From an uncultured Verrucomicrobiota bacterium (lineage in GTDB: Bacteria; Verrucomicrobiota; Kiritimatiellia; RFP12; UBA1067): DNA of 64,000 nucleotides. Below, in pieces: positions 45,840-55,893 of the stretch (position 1 is the stretch's first letter; each line of letters begins with the position of its first letter). The notes under the pieces were generated by a model. It saw only the letters and a program-made list of their open reading frames with translations. It had not been told where the DNA came from and searched no databases. The DNA is taken from the NCBI GenBank assembly GCA_946613265.1, contig CAMOFK010000004.1, forward strand, positions 17,399 to 81,398. Reading direction: 5' to 3'. The position numbers and the translations under genes are program-made.

Positions 45840-48041
45840 TCACTCCGCGCGGAAGGCGATATCGCCCTTTGGCATGAGCCAGCGATTTTCCTTTTCGCTC
45901 CAGTATTTCAGTTCTTCGAAACCGACGGCGAACTCTATTCTCTTCTTTTCTCCCGGCGCGAGTTCCACGCTCTCGAAGGCCGCAAGTTCCTTGGCGGGCA
46001 TTTCGGCGTCAGGCTGGCGCGGCTTGGAGGCGAAGAGCAACACTGCGCGGCGTCCCGTCATCGTCCCGGCATTCGCGACTTCGCAGACGATGGAAAACGA
46101 GTCGCCCGCGCGCTCGATATCCACAACGCGCGTTTCCCACGTCGTAAATGAAAGGCCGTGTCCGAACGGGTAGCGCGGCGCAATCCCGAATTTGTCGAAC
46201 GCCCTGTAGCCGACCCATATGCCATCGAGATATTCCTGCCACGGCTCGCCGACGAGCCGCTTGCCCTCCTTGCGCGGCTTTTCCGGCCACACGCCGGGAT
46301 AGCTCTTCTCGCCAAGACTGATCGAATACCAATCTTCGAGCTTTTTCGCGTAGGTATAAGGCAGGCGTCCCGACGGATTTATCTCCCCTTTCACCATCTG
46401 CGCGAGAACTTCGCCGCCAGCCTCGCCGCCATACCAGATTGCGAAGATCGCTCGCGCGCTTTCGTGCCAGTCCTCCACCGAGAGAGGTCCGCCGCCATTG
46501 AGCACGACGATCAAATTCGGATTGACTTTCGCCAATGCCAGGATTTCCTCTTCCTGGCTCCTTGCGCCTGTTTTCTGCAGCATGATATCCGGGCGATCGC
46601 TCGGCATGACATGTCCCCAGCCGATAGCTTCCCTGTCGTAGGCGTGGTCGGTGCCGCCGCAATATACGACGATATCCGCTTTCGCAGCCGCGTCTTCGCC
46701 GGTAAAGACGTTTTCTTCGCCAAACACTTTCTTGAATCCTTCAAGAGGCGTAATCTCCTGCGCAGCCTTGATTGCTCCGGAACCGCCATGCCGCTTGAGA
46801 TTGGTATCGCTTTCGCTCATCGCGTGCTTGAAATCCGCGTACGGCCCCAAAACGGCGACAGTACGTCCCTTTAAAGGCAGCATCCCGTCGTTCTTCAGCA
46901 TCACGAAGCTCTCCGCCGCCGCGCGCCGCGCAAGCCCGCGATGCGCAGGCGAGCGCAGCAGCGCCTTGCATTCATCCTCAAGCGCGCGATCCGCGGCAGA
47001 GCCGGAATCGAACGCGCCCACTCGGAAATAGAGACGCAGCGCGCGGCGCACGGAATCATCGAAACGCGCACGATCGATCTTCCCCTCCGCAAGCATCCGA
47101 AGCTCCTCCTTGTCGCGCGCGGGGTCTTCGCGCGTGGACGATTCAATCGTGGTGCCGCCGTTTATCGCCTGCGGCATGCCGCGGCACCCTCCCCAATCGG
47201 GGATAAGCGCGCCGGTGGAACCATACTCCTTCAAAAGTATGTCGTTCAAAGCCGCGTTGTGGCTCGTCCATTCGCCGCGATACTTGTTGTACGAACTCAT
47301 GAACGCCCACGCATCGGCTTTGCGCGCGGCGATCTCGAAAGGCCGGATGTAGATTTCGCGCGCGGCGCGCTCGGGGCAGCGAACATCGATGAGAGTCCTG
47401 TCGCGCTCCTGGTCGTTGAAGCAATAATGCTTCATGCACGGCGCGACTTTCACCGACTGCAAACCCTCGATCCACGCCGCGGCGATTTCGCCGGCGAGGC
47501 GGGGATCCTCGCCGAAATATTCGAAGTTCCGCCCGCCCAGCGGCGTGCGCGCGATATTCGCACCCGGTCCGAGCAGCATTCGCGCCGCGCCGTTTCCGTC
47601 CTCGCCATCTGGATACGTGGCGCGCGTCTCCGCGCCCATCGCGCGACCGATTTCGCGCGCCAGCGGCTTGTCGAAGGCCGCCGCATACGCAATCGGCGAG
47701 GGGAAATACGTTATTCCCGGACGATCCGCGGCGCGCACTCCGCCGCCGGCGTCGGGCGTGCGGAAAACGGCCAGCCCGATCCGCGGAATGCGCCCGGTAG
47801 TCATGCTCGACGTGAAATGCAGGAGATGCACCTTCTCCTCGGCGGTCAGGCGCGGCAGAAGATCGTCGATGCGCTTTTCGATATCAAGCGATGCGTCGCG
47901 ATACGGCGCATCGTCCGCCGGCGCTGCGCATGCTGCGCCTGCTGGCGCGGCGACAGCCGCATCGACCGCATATCCGGGGCCGAAATCTTCTGCGTACCCC
48001 ATCGCGGATGCGATGCAAAATGCTGCAATACAGTATCTCAT
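45840..48041 (-). CDS. Glycoside hydrolase family 3 (beta-glucosidase/BglX-like), secreted
   Basis: Signal peptide MRYCIAAFCIASAMGYA. GH3 N- and C-terminal domains (GFVMSDW-equivalent region ALIPDWGG, KHYCFNDQE) and a C-terminal Fn3-like domain. Start at the ATG at 48041. Confidence 0.75.
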   Translation of the reverse strand: MRYCIAAFCIASAMGYAEDFGPGYAVDAAVAAPAGAACAAPADDAPYRDASLDIEKRIDDLLPRLTAEEKVHLLHFTSSMTTGRIPRIGLAVFRTPDAGGGVRAADRPGITYFPSPIAYAAAFDKPLAREIGRAMGAETRATYPDGEDGNGAARMLLGPGANIARTPLGGRNFEYFGEDPRLAGEIAAAWIEGLQSVKVAPCMKHYCFNDQERDRTLIDVRCPERAAREIYIRPFEIAARKADAWAFMSSYNKYRGEWTSHNAALNDILLKEYGSTGALIPDWGGCRGMPQAINGGTTIESSTREDPARDKEELRMLAEGKIDRARFDDSVRRALRLYFRVGAFDSGSAADRALEDECKALLRSPAHRGLARRAAAESFVMLKNDGMLPLKGRTVAVLGPYADFKHAMSESDTNLKRHGGSGAIKAAQEITPLEGFKKVFGEENVFTGEDAAAKADIVVYCGGTDHAYDREAIGWGHVMPSDRPDIMLQKTGARSQEEEILALAKVNPNLIVVLNGGGPLSVEDWHESARAIFAIWYGGEAGGEVLAQMVKGEINPSGRLPYTYAKKLEDWYSISLGEKSYPGVWPEKPRKEGKRLVGEPWQEYLDGIWVGYRAFDKFGIAPRYPFGHGLSFTTWETRVVDIERAGDSFSIVCEVANAGTMTGRRAVLLFASKPRQPDAEMPAKELAAFESVELAPGEKKRIEFAVGFEELKYWSEKENRWLMPKGDIAFRAE

Positions 48042-48121
48042 TGTTTTTGCTCCTGCACGTATGTCCATTCCTCGCCTTGGAAACGCCACGAAAGAAATTT
48101 TACCATAATCCACCGCCGCTA

Positions 48122-48193
48122 TGCAATGCCGCCGCGACGTCGCCTCCCGGCGCTCGTCGAAGCGGCGGGAGGCGACGTCGCGGCGGCATTGCA
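48122..48193. repeat. Perfect 28-bp inverted repeat (TGCAATGCCGCCGCGACGTCGCCTCCCG / CGGGAGGCGACGTCGCGGCGGCATTGCA) with a 16-nt spacer
   Basis: Arms at 48122-48149 and 48166-48193, checked base by base. Four further pairs form inside the spacer. Located in the divergent intergenic region. Confidence 0.95.
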
Positions 48194-48215
48194 ATTGCTG
48201 GCGGGCAACGGGAAG

Positions 48216-48482
48216 ATGAGCGTCCCGGGATGCTACGTGCTCGGACTGGATCCCGAAGTTTCCACGAACGGCTTCAAGATTGTCGCTTTCCCGATGAAAG
48301 CGGACGGCACGCCAGATCTCAAAGGGCTGGCGTTCGAGCCGCGGTGCGAGGAATGGAACGTACAAGAAGCCCGGCCGGTCGTCAAAGGAGTGAAGAATAT
48401 CGGCGACGACGACTGGACGGAAGTCACGGAGCAGAACAAAGAATTGTTCCGGTTCTTCAAGGTAGTTGTCGAACTGCCGTAA
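48216..48482 (+). CDS. Small hypothetical protein (88 aa)
   Basis: ATG preceded by GGAAG. Non-repetitive, balanced composition, ending in ...ELFRFFKVVVELP. No recognisable family. Confidence 0.3.
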   Translation: MSVPGCYVLGLDPEVSTNGFKIVAFPMKADGTPDLKGLAFEPRCEEWNVQEARPVVKGVKNIGDDDWTEVTEQNKELFRFFKVVVELP

Positions 48483-48615
48483 AGAACGGCGGAACTTCTC
48501 CTGGAAAAGGATTTGCGAGATCGCCAGGATTCAGAACCGCCGGAACCGGAGATATTGGAATCTTCGCGGCGCCGGTAAAATTTCGCGCGCGTGGGCGCTT
48601 GACCGCCCCGCGCGA

Positions 48616-50613
48616 TCAATTCGCGGCGAATCTCCTGGCGAACTCGCTTTCGGTTATCACCGGGATGCCGAGAGAGGCGGCTTTCTTGTTTTTGCCGGAC
48701 GTGGAGGCGCTGTCGTTGTTGATGAGGAACGAAGTCTTCGCAGAAACCGAACTCGCCACTTTGCCGCCTTGCGACTCGATATAATCCTTGAGCGCGGCGC
48801 GATTCTCCCAGCGCTCCAGCTCGCCGGTCACGACAAACGTCAAACCGGCGCATGCTCCGGATGCGCTCGCGGGGACATACTCGTCTATTTCGACTAGTTG
48901 CAGAAGCCTATCGACGGCGGCATTGTTCGCCGGTTCCGCGAACCATGCAGCTACGGCTTCCGACTTCGCATCGCCGATTCCGTCGATATGCGCGAAGGAT
49001 GCGCCGGAGCGCGCCGCCGATATGAATTCCCGCAGCGAAGGATACGCGCCGAGCAGGCGTCTGGCGACATCGCGCGCGCACAGCGGGATGGAGAGGGCGA
49101 CGAGAAAATTGACGGCGCTGCGGCGCTTCGCGGCGGCGAGCGCGGCGACGATATTATCCGCGCTCTTCTTCCCGAAGCCCTCGAGCGAGGCTATCTCCGC
49201 CGCATGCGCGCCGAGGAGGTATATGTCTGCGAAGTCGCCTATCCATCCGCAATTGACGAATTTCGCGAGCGTCTCGCCGGCGAGTCCGTCTATATCCATT
49301 CCATCCTTGGAGACAAAGCGCATGAATTTCCTCAGCTCGCGCGCCGGGCAATGCGCGTTGGTGCATTTCAGCGTCTTGGTGCCGCCTGGCGAGACGCGAA
49401 CTTCCGCAGGCGCGCCGCATACGGGGCAAGCGGATGGAATTTCGAATTCGCCGCGCTTCTCGACGACCGCGACAACCTTTGGAATAATCTTGTTCGCCTT
49501 GATCACTTCGAGCTGCGTGCCTTCCGCGCCGATCCCGAGACGCTCGCATTCGGAAATATTGCAGAGCGACGCCCTCTTCACCGTCGTGCCTTCGAGCGAG
49601 ACGGGAGAGAACACCGCGACGGGCGCGATGGATGCGACGGCGCAGCTCCATTCAATATGCTCCAGCGTCGCTACGGCCGACTCGTCGGCCCATTTAAAGG
49701 CGAGACCCGCGCGCGTGGCATGGTGGCCGGTCACGGAACCGGTCTTCGCATATGCGGTATCGTCATAGCAGACGACGAGGCCATCGACGGGATACGGGCA
49801 TCCCCCTTCCGCGACTTTCCGCGACCATCTGGCGATAGCCTCTTCTATGGCCGCGGGCTGGCCGTCGCCGCCTTCGATGCGTTCGCGCTCGACGCACTCG
49901 AAGCCGCAGGAATCGAGAAAATCCATCTGCGCGCCCCATGAAACACCGGCGCCATCCAGCTTGACAGGCGTAAAAGGGACAAAGCGGATTCCCCTCTTCG
50001 CGACTTCCGCGGCATCCTTCAGAGTGAGCGAACCGGACGCGAGATTTCGCGGGTTGGCGTAGTCTTCCTCGCTAAGCTCGCAGAACGCCGCGAAATCCGC
50101 ATATGAGATGACCGCCTCGCCGCGCACAACGATGTGTCCTTTCGCAGGAATGGTCTGCGGGAGCGAGCGTATGGCGCCGGCAAGATGCGTGACGTTCGTG
50201 CCCGTGGCGCCGTCGCCGCGCGTGACGATCTTGACGAGCGCGCCATCGTCATACGTAGCTACCAGCGTCATGCCGTCGAGCTTCCATGAAAGCCATATCG
50301 TGCGCGCATCCGCCCACTTCGCGACATCGGCGGGCTTCTTTGTCTTCGCGAGCGAAAGCGCAGGGAATTCATGGGCTTCCTTGCGGCCGCCGGCGGCTTC
50401 GCCGCCATCCGCGCCAGATGAGACGGTCGCCGTTGGCGAGCCGGGCAAAATCTCGCCGGTGGAAAGTTCGAGCGCGCGCAGGCGGTCGAACATCGCATCC
50501 CACTCGTAATCGCTCATCAACTCGCCGCGCCCGGAATAGTAGGCGTCTGCGGCAGCATTAAGCCGCTCGACGAGGTTGCGCATTTCTTCGCGCTTGACGC
50601 TCTTGTCCATCAT
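48616..50613 (-). CDS. ligA: NAD-dependent DNA ligase
   Basis: YYSGRGELMSDYEWDAMF, adenylation motif WKLDG, Zn finger CPVCGAP...C..C, HhH repeats, C-terminal BRCT domain (GLTFVVTGELE...). Confidence 0.9.
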   Translation of the reverse strand: MMDKSVKREEMRNLVERLNAAADAYYSGRGELMSDYEWDAMFDRLRALELSTGEILPGSPTATVSSGADGGEAAGGRKEAHEFPALSLAKTKKPADVAKWADARTIWLSWKLDGMTLVATYDDGALVKIVTRGDGATGTNVTHLAGAIRSLPQTIPAKGHIVVRGEAVISYADFAAFCELSEEDYANPRNLASGSLTLKDAAEVAKRGIRFVPFTPVKLDGAGVSWGAQMDFLDSCGFECVERERIEGGDGQPAAIEEAIARWSRKVAEGGCPYPVDGLVVCYDDTAYAKTGSVTGHHATRAGLAFKWADESAVATLEHIEWSCAVASIAPVAVFSPVSLEGTTVKRASLCNISECERLGIGAEGTQLEVIKANKIIPKVVAVVEKRGEFEIPSACPVCGAPAEVRVSPGGTKTLKCTNAHCPARELRKFMRFVSKDGMDIDGLAGETLAKFVNCGWIGDFADIYLLGAHAAEIASLEGFGKKSADNIVAALAAAKRRSAVNFLVALSIPLCARDVARRLLGAYPSLREFISAARSGASFAHIDGIGDAKSEAVAAWFAEPANNAAVDRLLQLVEIDEYVPASASGACAGLTFVVTGELERWENRAALKDYIESQGGKVASSVSAKTSFLINNDSASTSGKNKKAASLGIPVITESEFARRFAAN

Positions 50614-50860
50614 GTCGGGCTCCAATCCGGGATTCGGCGACTGCTCTTGCCTTTGTCGATCGCTCGCCTCCAAGGGCGCAGAAGCCGGGAATATTATTTG
50701 CTTGGCTGCAAGCTGAGAAACCGAAAACACCTATGTCGCCGGGGAGACACTGCCAGACGCTCGCGCCTTTTCACTCAGTCCGAAAGTCCGTCCCCTTCTA
50801 CCGTCCACTCGAAGCATTGCGGCATGCGACAAATGCGTTTTTCTTCTGCGGCTTCCTTGA

Positions 50861-51868
50861 TTATTCTCCGTCGAAGAAGACCAGCGCATCTTCCGGAAAC
50901 ACCGCGGCCACCTTGTCGCCATGGCGATACGGCGCAAAGCCGGGCACGCGCGCGATCGCCGCCGCCTTGCCGCCGAACATCGCCAGATGCACCAGCGTCT
51001 CCGGCCCGAGAGGCTCCACGAAATCGACTTGCGCTATATGGCGCGAGGCGTCGCCCGGCATTTCGCGCGGCTCTTGCAGCGTTATCGCCTCCGGGCGAAT
51101 CCCCGCAGTCTTGGCAGGATGCAGCGTGCCGGGAGAAAACAGATTCATTGGCGGCGTGCCGATGAAAGACGCGACGAATGTATTCGCAGGCCGGCGATAA
51201 AGCTCCATGGGCGGCGCGACCTGCTGAATGCGCCCGGCGCGCATTACGACAATCCTGTCGCCCATCGTCATCGCCTCCGTCTGGTCGTGGGTCACGTAGA
51301 TCATCGTGGTGCCGAGCCGCTGATGCAGACGGATTATCTCCGAGCGCATCTCCACGCGCATCTTCGCATCGAGATTGGAAAGCGGCTCGTCGAAAAGAAA
51401 CACCGCTGGCTCGCGCACGATGGCTCTCGCGAGCGCGACGCGCTGGCGCTGGCCGCCCGAAAGCGCCTTCGGAAGACGCTTCAAATACGGTTCGAGGCCA
51501 AGCGCCGCCGCAACGGTTTCAACGCGCCTTGCAATCTCGCGGCGCGGGCAATGGCGGAGCTTGAGCGCAAACGCCATGTTGTCGCGCACGGTCATATGCG
51601 GATAAAGCGCGTAGTTCTGGAACACCATCGCAATATCGCGATCCTTCGGCGGCTTTCCCGTCACGTCGGTCTCACCGATGAATATCCTGCCTTCGCTTGG
51701 CGTCTCCAGCCCGGCCACCATCCGAAGCGTGGTCGATTTGCCGCAGCCGGACGGCCCTACCAGCACGATAAACTCGCCGTCACGCACGTCGAGCGAAAAA
51801 TTCTCGACCGCCGGCGCCTCGCCCTTCGCATAAACCTTGCCTACGCCCTTGAAACGGACTTCAGACAT
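50861..51868 (-). CDS. ABC transporter ATP-binding protein, MalK/UgpC/MsmX type (orphan; no permease or binding-protein genes adjacent)
   Basis: [43 protein letters not shown], and a C-terminal TOBE-like domain. GGGAGG Shine-Dalgarno sequence. The ATG overlaps the recR stop by 8 nt. Confidence 0.85.
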   Translation of the reverse strand: MSEVRFKGVGKVYAKGEAPAVENFSLDVRDGEFIVLVGPSGCGKSTTLRMVAGLETPSEGRIFIGETDVTGKPPKDRDIAMVFQNYALYPHMTVRDNMAFALKLRHCPRREIARRVETVAAALGLEPYLKRLPKALSGGQRQRVALARAIVREPAVFLFDEPLSNLDAKMRVEMRSEIIRLHQRLGTTMIYVTHDQTEAMTMGDRIVVMRAGRIQQVAPPMELYRRPANTFVASFIGTPPMNLFSPGTLHPAKTAGIRPEAITLQEPREMPGDASRHIAQVDFVEPLGPETLVHLAMFGGKAAAIARVPGFAPYRHGDKVAAVFPEDALVFFDGE

Positions 51869-52460
51869 CCTGCCTCCCGAGTACAGCGCGCCGGAGCGTG
51901 AGCGGATCGGAATACGCGATCCCGGAATCCGCAGGCAGGCCGAACGCAAGTCGCGTGACCTGCACGCCGCTTTGCTTGAACATCCCGGCTATGTACAGCG
52001 CCGTCGCATCGCCGTCCATGTCCGTGGAAAGCGCGAGCAGAACTTCGCGCACGCCCTCGGACGCGACGCGCCCGGCGAGCTCCGCCAGGCGCAGACGCTC
52101 CGGGCCCATGCGATGCGCCGGCGAGAGTTTCCCGCCGAGCGCATGGTATCTGCCTTTGAACGCGCCGGCCGCTTCCAGACTCGCGATATCCGAAGCCTCT
52201 TCTACTACGCACAGGACGCCCGTGGCGCGCGCGGGATCCGTGCATATCGCGCAGGGATCGAGCGCGCGGACGGTAAACGCGCCGCAGCGCGAACAAGAGC
52301 AGACTTCGGCGCGCGCGCGCTCCAGCGCCTGCGCCAGCGGATCGGAGAGCCGCGAAGGCTCGCGGACAAGCGCGAGCGCCGCGCGCATCGCCGAGCGCCT
52401 GCCGAAACCCGGCAGGCGCGCCAGCGCCCTCTCCAATTCATCTATCGGACCGATCGACAT
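51861..52460 (-). CDS. recR: Recombination protein RecR
   Basis: [14 protein letters not shown] (HhH), C4 zinc finger CSRCG...CAIC, Toprim [10 protein letters not shown]. Confidence 0.9.
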   Translation of the reverse strand: MSIGPIDELERALARLPGFGRRSAMRAALALVREPSRLSDPLAQALERARAEVCSCSRCGAFTVRALDPCAICTDPARATGVLCVVEEASDIASLEAAGAFKGRYHALGGKLSPAHRMGPERLRLAELAGRVASEGVREVLLALSTDMDGDATALYIAGMFKQSGVQVTRLAFGLPADSGIAYSDPLTLRRAVLGRQDV

Positions 52461-52551
52461 TCCTGTTTTCGCGGGGCGCCGCGCCGCTGCCGCGTTTTTG
52501 CGACCGCGTGGCCGCGTTCGAACGCGCGCTGAGCCGGCGCCTGGCGAAGGC

Positions 52552-52869
52552 TCATTTTCCGAAAAGGCTCCCGAAGTCGCCGGCCTGCACCATCTTGGCC
52601 ATTTCCTGCTGCGTGACGTCTTTGACTTTCTTGATCGCGCCGTTCACGACATTCAGCAGCATCGTCTCGAAGCGCTGCGGCTTGCCGGCCTTCACCTCGT
52701 CGTAGGCGGAAGGCGCGATCTCGATCTTCGCGATCGACATGTCGCCCTTGGCGACGACGGTGATTCCGCCGTTTGAATACTCGGCGGAGATTCTCTGCAT
52801 CTCGTTCTGGATGCGCTTTGCTTCGGAACGCATCTTCATCGCGTCCTTGATTTGATCGAACATGCCCAT
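52552..52869 (-). CDS. ybaB: YbaB/EbfC family nucleoid-associated protein
   Basis: 105 aa. MGMFDQIKDAMKMRSEAKRIQNEMQ...GGITVVAKGDMSIAKIEI. Canonical position upstream of recR. Confidence 0.85.
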   Translation of the reverse strand: MGMFDQIKDAMKMRSEAKRIQNEMQRISAEYSNGGITVVAKGDMSIAKIEIAPSAYDEVKAGKPQRFETMLLNVVNGAIKKVKDVTQQEMAKMVQAGDFGSLFGK

Positions 52870-52920
52870 TGCACGGTTCCTTTCGTTGGTAAAATTGATC
52901 GGCGAAGCGTTCGCGGCGCG

Positions 52921-53808
52921 TCAGCCGCGCAAACGCTCTAGAGCCTCGAAATAGATTTTGCGCGTGTTCTCGATTACATCCTGCGGCAATTTCGGACCCG
53001 GCGGCTGGTGGTTGAACTTTATGCCATCCAGCCAATCGCGCACGAACTGCTTGTCGAGCGACGGCGGATTCGCGCCGGGCTTGTAGCTCGCAAGCGGCCA
53101 GAAACGCGATGAATCCGGCGTAAGCACTTCATCGGCGAGAATAAGCCCGCCATCCTCCGAAAGCCCGAATTCGAATTTCGTATCGGCGATGATTATCCCC
53201 TTGGAAAGCGCGTAGTCCGCCGCCTTAGTGTACAGCGACACGGTGGCGTCGCGCAGCTTCCCGGCGAGTTCCGCGCCCACGAGCCGGCATGTCGCGTCCC
53301 AGTCGATCGCTTCGTCGTGATCGCCGATCGCCGCTTTCGTAGTCGGCGTGAAAAGGACTTCGTCGAGCTTGGATGCGTTTACGTAGCCTTCGCGGAGCGG
53401 CTGCCCGTTCACCGTGCCCTTGGCGGTGTATTCCTTCCAACCGCTGCCGGTCAGATAGCCGCGCGCGATGCACTCGACATCTACCATCTTGACTTTCTTG
53501 ACGAGCATGGAGCGATCGCGCAAATCCTCCTTCCATGGCTGGAGGACGTCCGGATACTTATCAACATCGGCCGTGACGAGGTGGTTTTCGACGCCGAGGA
53601 AATCGAGCCAGAAGAGCGAGAGGCCGTTCAAGACCTTGCCCTTGTCCGGCACGCCGTTCGGGAGAATGACGTCGAATGCGCTGATGCGGTCCGTGACGAC
53701 CATCAGCAGCTTGTCGCCGAGATCGAAGACGTCGCGGACCTTGCCGCTTTTCTTCGGGAGTCCCGGAATTTCGCATTCCAGGAGAGCGTTGTTTTCATCG
53801 TACTTCAT
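52921..53808 (-). CDS. purC: Phosphoribosylaminoimidazole-succinocarboxamide synthase
   Basis: GKVRDVFDLGDKLLMVVTDRISAFDV, IIADTKFEFG, DEVLTPDSSRFW. Confidence 0.9.
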   Translation of the reverse strand: MKYDENNALLECEIPGLPKKSGKVRDVFDLGDKLLMVVTDRISAFDVILPNGVPDKGKVLNGLSLFWLDFLGVENHLVTADVDKYPDVLQPWKEDLRDRSMLVKKVKMVDVECIARGYLTGSGWKEYTAKGTVNGQPLREGYVNASKLDEVLFTPTTKAAIGDHDEAIDWDATCRLVGAELAGKLRDATVSLYTKAADYALSKGIIIADTKFEFGLSEDGGLILADEVLTPDSSRFWPLASYKPGANPPSLDKQFVRDWLDGIKFNHQPPGPKLPQDVIENTRKIYFEALERLRG

Positions 53809-53858
53809 AAGAGGACCTGTTTTGCCGTGTTGGTTTGCGCTGCGTGCCGTCTGCGCCG

Positions 53859-54416
53859 TCAGAGCGGGAGTTTCAGCTTCTGGCCGACGCGGATGTTGTC
53901 GTTCTTGAGATTGTTCATCTCCTTGATCTTCGAAACGGAGGTTTTGAAGGCGGCGGCGATGAGCGAAAGCGTGTCGCCGCCCTGCACCGTATATTCGCGG
54001 TGCGGGCCGATGCTCCGCGGCGCGGCCTGCGGCGGCGGAGGCGGCGGCGCGAGCTCCTTCTGCATCTGCGAAATCTTGCGCGTCAAATCGCGCACGATTT
54101 CATCGTGCAGCGAATTGATGCGGTTGCGCAGCTCCGCGTTTGTCGAGCGCAGGGCGGCGACTTCCGCCTTGAGAGCATCGAGTTCCGCCTTGGCGCCGCT
54201 GTCGTTTTCGAGGCGGGCGAGGCGCGCAGTCAGTTCGGCGATGTTTGTCTGGAGGACATCCACCTGGCCGGATATGCGGACCATCTCGTCGTACGCCTGG
54301 CGCTTGAGAAACGCCTCGCGCGCGGCATTGCCTTCCGCGCGGCCGCTTGCCGCAGTGAACGCCGCGGCGATCGCTATCGCGACTGCCGCGAAACCTGTTG
54401 TGATTTTTGCCGTCAT
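53859..54416 (-). CDS. Secreted coiled-coil protein with a C-terminal LysM peptidoglycan-binding domain
   Basis: Signal/TM segment [25 protein letters not shown], a coiled-coil middle region, and Lys[30 protein letters not shown]...GQKLKLP. AAGGAA Shine-Dalgarno sequence before the ATG at 54416. Confidence 0.7.
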   Translation of the reverse strand: MTAKITTGFAAVAIAIAAAFTAASGRAEGNAAREAFLKRQAYDEMVRISGQVDVLQTNIAELTARLARLENDSGAKAELDALKAEVAALRSTNAELRNRINSLHDEIVRDLTRKISQMQKELAPPPPPPQAAPRSIGPHREYTVQGGDTLSLIAAAFKTSVSKIKEMNNLKNDNIRVGQKLKLPL

Positions 54417-54651
54417 TGCATTTCCTTTTTCGTGTTTGTGCAGATTGTGAAACCGCGCGCTCATGCGAGCCAGAAAACGAGCCACAGCACGGCTATGACA
54501 GAAGCGCCGAAGAGGAAGCGCTCTCGCCGGTTCTCCGTTTCCTCCTCCTTGGGAGTGCGAAGGAGGCCGTTGAAATACCGGCAGAGGCCTCTGGCGGTGT
54601 CGCGGGAGCGCGCGTCTTGCGTCGCGCCATCGCTTGTCTTCGGCTCATGCG

Positions 54652-55830
54652 TCATGGCAGCACGATCGTCTGGCCGGCGTTTACGCGGCCGTCCACGGAA
54701 ATTATCGCCTTGTTCGCATCCTGGATTTTCTTCCACGCGCTTTCATGTCCGTAGAAGCGGCGGGCGATTTCCGAAAGCGTCTCTCCCTGCTGCACGGTGT
54801 ACGAGCCTGGAGCGGACGTCTTTTCCTTCGGCGCGCGCGCATTCGCATCGCCGCGCATGCGGCTTGCGAGATCGGCGAGGAGCGTGCCGCCTTGCGCGCC
54901 GCCGGCGCCTGGCGCTTGCGCGGCGTCTTGCGCGCCAGTGGAAGGCGGCAGCATGCGCGGCGCATCGGCGTCTTCGTCTATGGCGAGCGTCTTGGCGGCT
55001 TCCAAGCCTTCGCGGATCGAGGGAGGAGCGTCCTCGCCAGGCTCCGCCGCCGCCGCATCCGCGGAAACCGCGCTTGCGCTTCCGTTATCATCAGGAAGCG
55101 CCGCCGCGGAAGGATCGATATGTCTCGGCGCGGCGCCGTCATTGCCATCCGGCGCGCCGCCCGGCGAAGGCGGCGGCGCATCGCCGTCATCCAAGCCCGC
55201 CAGGACTTCCTTAGCGCCGGCGATCGTCGACGGCGCGGCGGGGGCGGCGCTCTCGGCATCGCCGGCCATCACGCGCATCGTGCGGCGAAGGCGCGCATTC
55301 TCGCGCCGCAGGCTTTCGAGTTCCTTCTGCGCCTTGCCAAGCTCGGCGGCGAGCGCGGTAGCCTTCTTCTGCGCCTCCTTGAGATGCGCACGGGAGAGCG
55401 CGACATCTTCGCCAGGCTGCGTCGGCGCGGCGGATAGCGAATACTTCGCCGCGAGTTCCTCCGCAAGCTCGCGCTCGCATTGCGCCATGCGCCGGCGCGC
55501 GAGCGAGGCCTTGTCGCTGCGGCCTTCGAGGCGCAGGTATTCGCGATACGAGCACATCGCGCCCAGCCAGTCCTTGCGGTGGTCCTGCAAAAGACATGCG
55601 AGCTGGAAGCGCGCGCTTGCATTGTTCCCGTTAGCTTCGATCGCGTTGCCGAAGCCGTCGATAGCCGCGTCCAGCCGGCCGGCGGAATAATCCGCCATCG
55701 CCGATTGATACGCGCGCGACATCCTCTCGGCGCCTGCATCGGCGCGCGCTTCGTGAGCCGGCGCCAGCCCTGCCAGCACCGCCACGACAACCGCAGCGGC
55801 CGCGCACTTGCCTTTTTCAGTCAATTTCAT
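54652..55830 (-). CDS. Secreted TPR-like / coiled-coil protein with a C-terminal LysM domain
   Basis: Signal peptide, a TPR-like segment (YSAGRLDAAIDGFGNAIEANGNNASARFQLACLL), an Ala/Pro-rich linker, and LysM YTVQQGETLSEIARRFYG...GQTIVLP. The start is uncertain (55830 or 55863). Confidence 0.65.
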   Translation of the reverse strand: MKLTEKGKCAAAAVVVAVLAGLAPAHEARADAGAERMSRAYQSAMADYSAGRLDAAIDGFGNAIEANGNNASARFQLACLLQDHRKDWLGAMCSYREYLRLEGRSDKASLARRRMAQCERELAEELAAKYSLSAAPTQPGEDVALSRAHLKEAQKKATALAAELGKAQKELESLRRENARLRRTMRVMAGDAESAAPAAPSTIAGAKEVLAGLDDGDAPPPSPGGAPDGNDGAAPRHIDPSAAALPDDNGSASAVSADAAAAEPGEDAPPSIREGLEAAKTLAIDEDADAPRMLPPSTGAQDAAQAPGAGGAQGGTLLADLASRMRGDANARAPKEKTSAPGSYTVQQGETLSEIARRFYGHESAWKKIQDANKAIISVDGRVNAGQTIVLP

Positions 55831-55893
55831 AGTGGATAAGTTGTCTAGTGGTTTGCCTTTCATGTGAACAACCTGCATCGCGGAGAAGCCACG

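Noticed and set aside
48125-48215. Longer version of the small ORF starting at the ATG at 48125 (MPPRRRLPALVEAAGGDVAAAL...)
   Set aside because: That stretch is exactly the 28-bp perfect inverted repeat. A perfect palindrome constrains both arms and is more likely structural or regulatory than coding.
50775-50800. RNase P RNA P4-like motif (GAAAGTCCG) in the ligA upstream region
   Set aside because: Only a 9-nt match. The intergenic region (~247 bp) is too short for RNase P RNA, and the other conserved RNase P elements are absent.
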